Shown here: positions 60,696-64,000 of the stretch, one piece after another
How positions within the stretch are numbered: the first letter of the stretch is position 1
How the letters are laid out: every line of letters starts with the position of its first letter
Source of the DNA: Cyanobacteria bacterium P01_A01_bin.123
GTDB taxonomy: Bacteria; Cyanobacteriota; Cyanobacteriia; Phormidesmidales; Phormidesmidaceae
NCBI GenBank assembly: GCA_039815185.1
Contig: JBCBZT010000002.1
Span: 64,001 to 128,000 of the forward strand
Direction of reading: 5' to 3'
Length of the DNA: 64,000 bases
Position numbers and translations under genes: made by a program
Notes under the pieces: model-generated
Seen by the model: only the letters and a program-made list of their open reading frames with translations
Databases searched by the model: none
What the model was told of the DNA's origin: nothing

Positions 60696-61076
60696 GTGAT
60701 TTTCGTGAAGAGAGACCTGAACTATTATAAAGATAAGTTTGCTCGGTTAAGAGTTGACAAGGCAAGAGGCGTTGCACCGCATAAGCCAATTTTGCTATTA
60801 GCCATTATTGATTTGATTGAGCGAGACAGAATCCAGCGCAATCAAATTTACATGTCACCTGAGCTGACTGCTAATTTCTTGAAATTCTGGCATTGTTTAG
60901 GTTCGAGGGCCCATCGTTCCAATATGGCATTGCCATTTTTCCACCTGACAGGGGATAAATTCTGGTATCTAATGCCAAATCCCGGATTTGAATCGACGAT
61001 CAAAGCACGCATCAAGCTTAGAACCTCTTCTGCGTTGCGCTCTGCGGTTAAATATGCGTATGTAGACCCTGATTGA
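60696..61076 (+). pseudogene. 5' part of an SBD (sulfur-binding domain)-HNH type endonuclease, truncated by an IS
   Basis: APHKPILLL and LPFFHL motifs. The frame ends within the IS end that starts at 61069, and no HNH domain is present. Confidence 0.65.
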
Positions 61077-61487
61077 CTGATAAAAGTTAGCTGAGTTCAT
61101 ATTTGTAGGTTCGTATGGTGAACTCAAGACGTTAAGTTCGCTTACGATGCTGATTTCGAGAGGCCATAGGGGGATGGGGATCGTGGATGCCATTGGAGTG
61201 GACTTGTTGGATGAGTTGCCATCCGTTTTCCAAAGCAGTTTTGACCCAGTCCCAGCCAATGCGAAAATAGTTGTTGCCGCGAAACCAATGAGGGTCAACC
61301 CAACGGCGTTTACCCTCATTGACCACCTCCAGCCCCTGTGCCGTGACATATAGGGTAGCGACAGCCAGGATAAACCAGAGGCGGGAGAGCGCACAGAGCG
61401 AACGAAGCTGGGATTTCTGTATATTCCAGCCATTGGATTGGTCATCGAGGAAATTCTCCTCAATATCAAACCTCAAGCCATACTCTG
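61069..61487 (-). mobile_element. IS4-family element remnant (one end plus transposase C-terminus)
   Basis: EYGLRFDIEENFLDDQSNGW (YREK-like region). Putative terminal sequence CTGATTGACTGATAAAA at 61069. Confidence 0.72.
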
Positions 61488-61770
61488 TACGGTCAGCGAT
61501 CCCAGTGTTCTACCCGCCGTAACTTGAGCTATGGTGACTTCCTAAGTCAGTGCGTCCATTACGATGCGCCAGAAGATGCGATCGCTGGAGTCGAACTTGC
61601 CTTTGAACATATTCTCAATGGGGTTCCGAAAACTATCCGTGTACAGCGCACCTGGACGCGATCGCCCAAAGGCGGCAAAGACGCGTTGGATGTCACCATT
61701 GATGATTGGCCCGACGACGTTCTGGTCAAAACTTGGGATGAGTGGATCGAAACGATGCTGCCGCTGGGCA
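61485..61770 (+). pseudogene. dndD: Internal fragment of DNA sulfur modification protein DndD
   Basis: LYGQRSQCSTRRNLSYGDFLSQC...ELAFEHI...WDEWIETMLPLG resembles the cyanobacterial DndD segment between Walker A and the FDGE motif. Confidence 0.7.
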
Positions 61771-62036
61771 AGTTTCATCGGGTGATCAAGCAGGTGTGCA
61801 ATATTGAGCGATTTCAAGTGCGAACAGAATCTGCTATCAGAACCCATTGCTTCTGCGCATTACAGGCTTTTTGTCGGCTACAGACCATGCGGGTTGAGGG
61901 CTTGATTGACAACTTATATCAGGTGTCGAGGCAGTTATTTGTGTCGGTGATCCGCCAATTTATTTTGCAAAACCTTGAGCACCCAAGTGTTGCATGAACA
62001 CATATTTCTCTATCGCTGTCAATGCGTAAGTCCTAT
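61770..62036 (+). mobile_element. IS701-family remnant (transposase C-terminus plus right end)
   Basis: FHRVIKQVCNIERFQVRTESAIRTH motif and end-like TGCGTAAGTCCT at 62023-62034. Confidence 0.7.
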
Positions 62037-62178
62037 AAGACTTTCTCATCAAGTACCTGTCTGAGCACTTGTCCCGCTTTTTCCATGACCTCATGGTGTC
62101 AGCGGTATTGGCTACTTAGCAGGCGCTACTAACCTCGAAAGTCTCGAAGACCTTTGTCAGCTCGCCCTATCGAAGTAA

Positions 62179-63579
62179 TCACAGCTCTACAAGATGACGC
62201 TCAATCTGCCATAGCTGATCAGCTGTAAGCCAGTTTTGATCCATCCGCAACAGATTGATTCTCATATCCGGATCAATCTCTCGCAGCACATCATAGGCTT
62301 GCCATGAGTCATCAAACTTTTCCCAATAAACCAGGGTAATGTCCGACCAGTAGTTCAGGGGTTGCGCCATCGCTAGGTCACCAATCACCCCCAATCGTCC
62401 TATCGAAAAATGGGTGCGTAGTCGTTCGGCTGCCTGTCGAGCGATCGCCCACCACTCGGCTTTTCTGTCAGCATCACAACGCTCCCAAGCTAACCGTTGT
62501 CTCAGGCCCTGAATCCAAGCTCGGGGCGGCAATAGCTTTACTGCGATCGCCAGACCAAAGGTCATTAACAACATTGCAAGTACGTTTCGCGTACCGGGCG
62601 TCGAGCCAATCAGCGGCTTCCCTTTGATAAACTCAAACTTCGCTCTGGGTGCCCAACTGATGTACTCCTCAAAGCTAATCGGCACTGCTTCTACCTGAAT
62701 GTTGGGAATAAATAGCAGCGATCCCCATTGCGGCCCTTCTTCTGCCAATGGGCGCTCAAATCCCGCTACTCGCTGCTCCACGACCCAAAGAGACGATTCC
62801 AGCCGGTTGAATTCCTCTTCCTGCCAGAGTGCTTCAGTTTGAAATGCTAAACCGGGGATACTGCTGGGGCGATAATAGCCATCCGCTTCCGAAGATTGTG
62901 GTTGGTAGAGTCCTTCCACAAGTCGATCAAACTTGATCTGCTGTGCTTCAGGATCGATTAGCCAATACTCAGGCACCCCTGCTGCTTGGTAATAAGCTCG
63001 CTTGGTTACGCGATCCGCTTCTTCGTGACCCGGTATCTGTACTTCGACCACCAGTTCCGCTGGCCCACTAAGAAAGGAGCTGTATAGCTGATTCAGTCCT
63101 TCACCTTTGAATAACACCAAGTCAGGGGTAAACCCGTTATCTCCTAAGCGCATCACAAAGTCTCGCCCGAGGGATTGTCCACCCACTTCTCCAGCCAACC
63201 GAAAGAGGCTCATTGATAAATATTGCTGGATGTCATGGTGCGACCAAGTGAACCCTGCGGCGCCTGATTTGCAGTCCTCTCCTCTGAACTCAAAATTGCT
63301 CACCTGGGCTTCCAGGCTGTTCAGCTTGTCATCAATAGCGTCTGTCTCAGGTAAAGTTAGACCATATCCGACAGCTAATGCTTGTATCCAAGTTTCAATA
63401 GGTGCCAAGGCGATCGCAGCCTCTGCTCTCCAGCCTTGCAAAATCCGTTGCAGGAGCCATCGACTTCCGGCCAAAGAATTGCCCACAACCAGCTGGCCGC
63501 TGATCAGCTCCAACTTGCTTTCCGCCTTACAGTTAATCCAGTTTTCAAAAAGTTCTGAAGTCGGAGGATAAAGTTTCAT
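62179..63579 (-). CDS. Multi-domain Uma2 family endonuclease
   Basis: FTPD, ELVVEV and KRAYYQAAGVPEYWLIDP core. A second Uma2-like start (AKFEFIKG) and an MNT-like tail (LGVIGDL...WSDITLV) follow. Confidence 0.8.
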   Translation of the reverse strand: MKLYPPTSELFENWINCKAESKLELISGQLVVGNSLAGSRWLLQRILQGWRAEAAIALAPIETWIQALAVGYGLTLPETDAIDDKLNSLEAQVSNFEFRGEDCKSGAAGFTWSHHDIQQYLSMSLFRLAGEVGGQSLGRDFVMRLGDNGFTPDLVLFKGEGLNQLYSSFLSGPAELVVEVQIPGHEEADRVTKRAYYQAAGVPEYWLIDPEAQQIKFDRLVEGLYQPQSSEADGYYRPSSIPGLAFQTEALWQEEEFNRLESSLWVVEQRVAGFERPLAEEGPQWGSLLFIPNIQVEAVPISFEEYISWAPRAKFEFIKGKPLIGSTPGTRNVLAMLLMTFGLAIAVKLLPPRAWIQGLRQRLAWERCDADRKAEWWAIARQAAERLRTHFSIGRLGVIGDLAMAQPLNYWSDITLVYWEKFDDSWQAYDVLREIDPDMRINLLRMDQNWLTADQLWQIERHLVEL

Positions 63580-63889
63580 AACCCTGAAAATAACAGCGGT
63601 TGCACACTACCATCAGGCAAAATACCCGGTAGCCACTCATTGCCCCGAGGTTCTGTCCTGCCCCACTTCTCTGGTCAGGTTTTTGCCGCGATCAGTGCTC
63701 GAACTCGCGCCAGCTCTTCGTCATTAATCAAGTTTACTAAAGGCTGCAGCCGCTGTGTTGCGGGGACATTGACTGGTGCGGCGTAAGGACGAAGTAAGTC
63801 ACGACCACCTAGTTATAACCCTAAACTAGAATCAGCTATAAACCATGCGGCTTTTACCAACCGTTGGTTTCGACTATTGGTTTCGGACT

Positions 63890-64000
63890 ATGACCCTATC
63901 GCCTGCACAAGTTCAAACAGATACCTGGGTGAAAGCTACCTGGGAAGAGTTTGTCGCTGCCATGGATGAGCCTCGCTACGAGGAAGGTCGCGGGTATTTT
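63890..64000 (+). CDS. Uma2 family endonuclease, 5' part (runs off the window)
   Basis: MTLSPAQVQTDTWVKATWEEFVAAMDEPRYEEGRGYF resembles cyanobacterial Uma2 N-termini. Confidence 0.65.
   Translation, partial: MTLSPAQVQTDTWVKATWEEFVAAMDEPRYEEGRGYF

Noticed and set aside
63670..63810. Possible C-terminal gene remnant on the minus strand (...LINDEELARVRALIAAKT*)
   Set aside because: No recognisable family and no convincing start, so it cannot be supported.

Overview
Chromosomal segment of a cyanobacterium. HIP1 (GCGATCGC) is abundant, and the hmp motility locus suggests a filamentous, probably Leptolyngbya-like organism (inference). Left part: panB (cut by the window edge), transporters, two small secreted proteins, and a degenerate lasso-peptide cluster. 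That cluster keeps RRE/B1, B2 peptidase, kinase and ABC exporter, but its cyclase is reduced to scraps. It lies between two diverged copies of a PsrR1-like sRNA gene. An HNH gene pair, a PLP decarboxylase, a P-type ATPase and a TetR-regulated RND pump with three operator palindromes follow. Middle: the complete hmpF/hmpA-E chemosensory locus, a fused pstC-pstA with pstB, a broken PAS-GGDEF-EAL gene, ruvC, and an EamA transporter preceded by an unannotated Pro-Pro-Pro leader peptide with a nested SD-sequestering structure. Right: ycf51, a glycerol dehydrogenase-like gene, an aminotransferase, tatA, a PEP-CTERM protein and glmS, then a defence island. The island holds an intact PbeABCD-like module with an inserted MNT-HEPN pair, a truncated SBD-HNH gene, IS4/dndD/IS701 debris and Uma2 nucleases. 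A 105-bp TA-bounded MITE-like element occurs three times. All family calls come from motif recognition by eye; no database searches were run.
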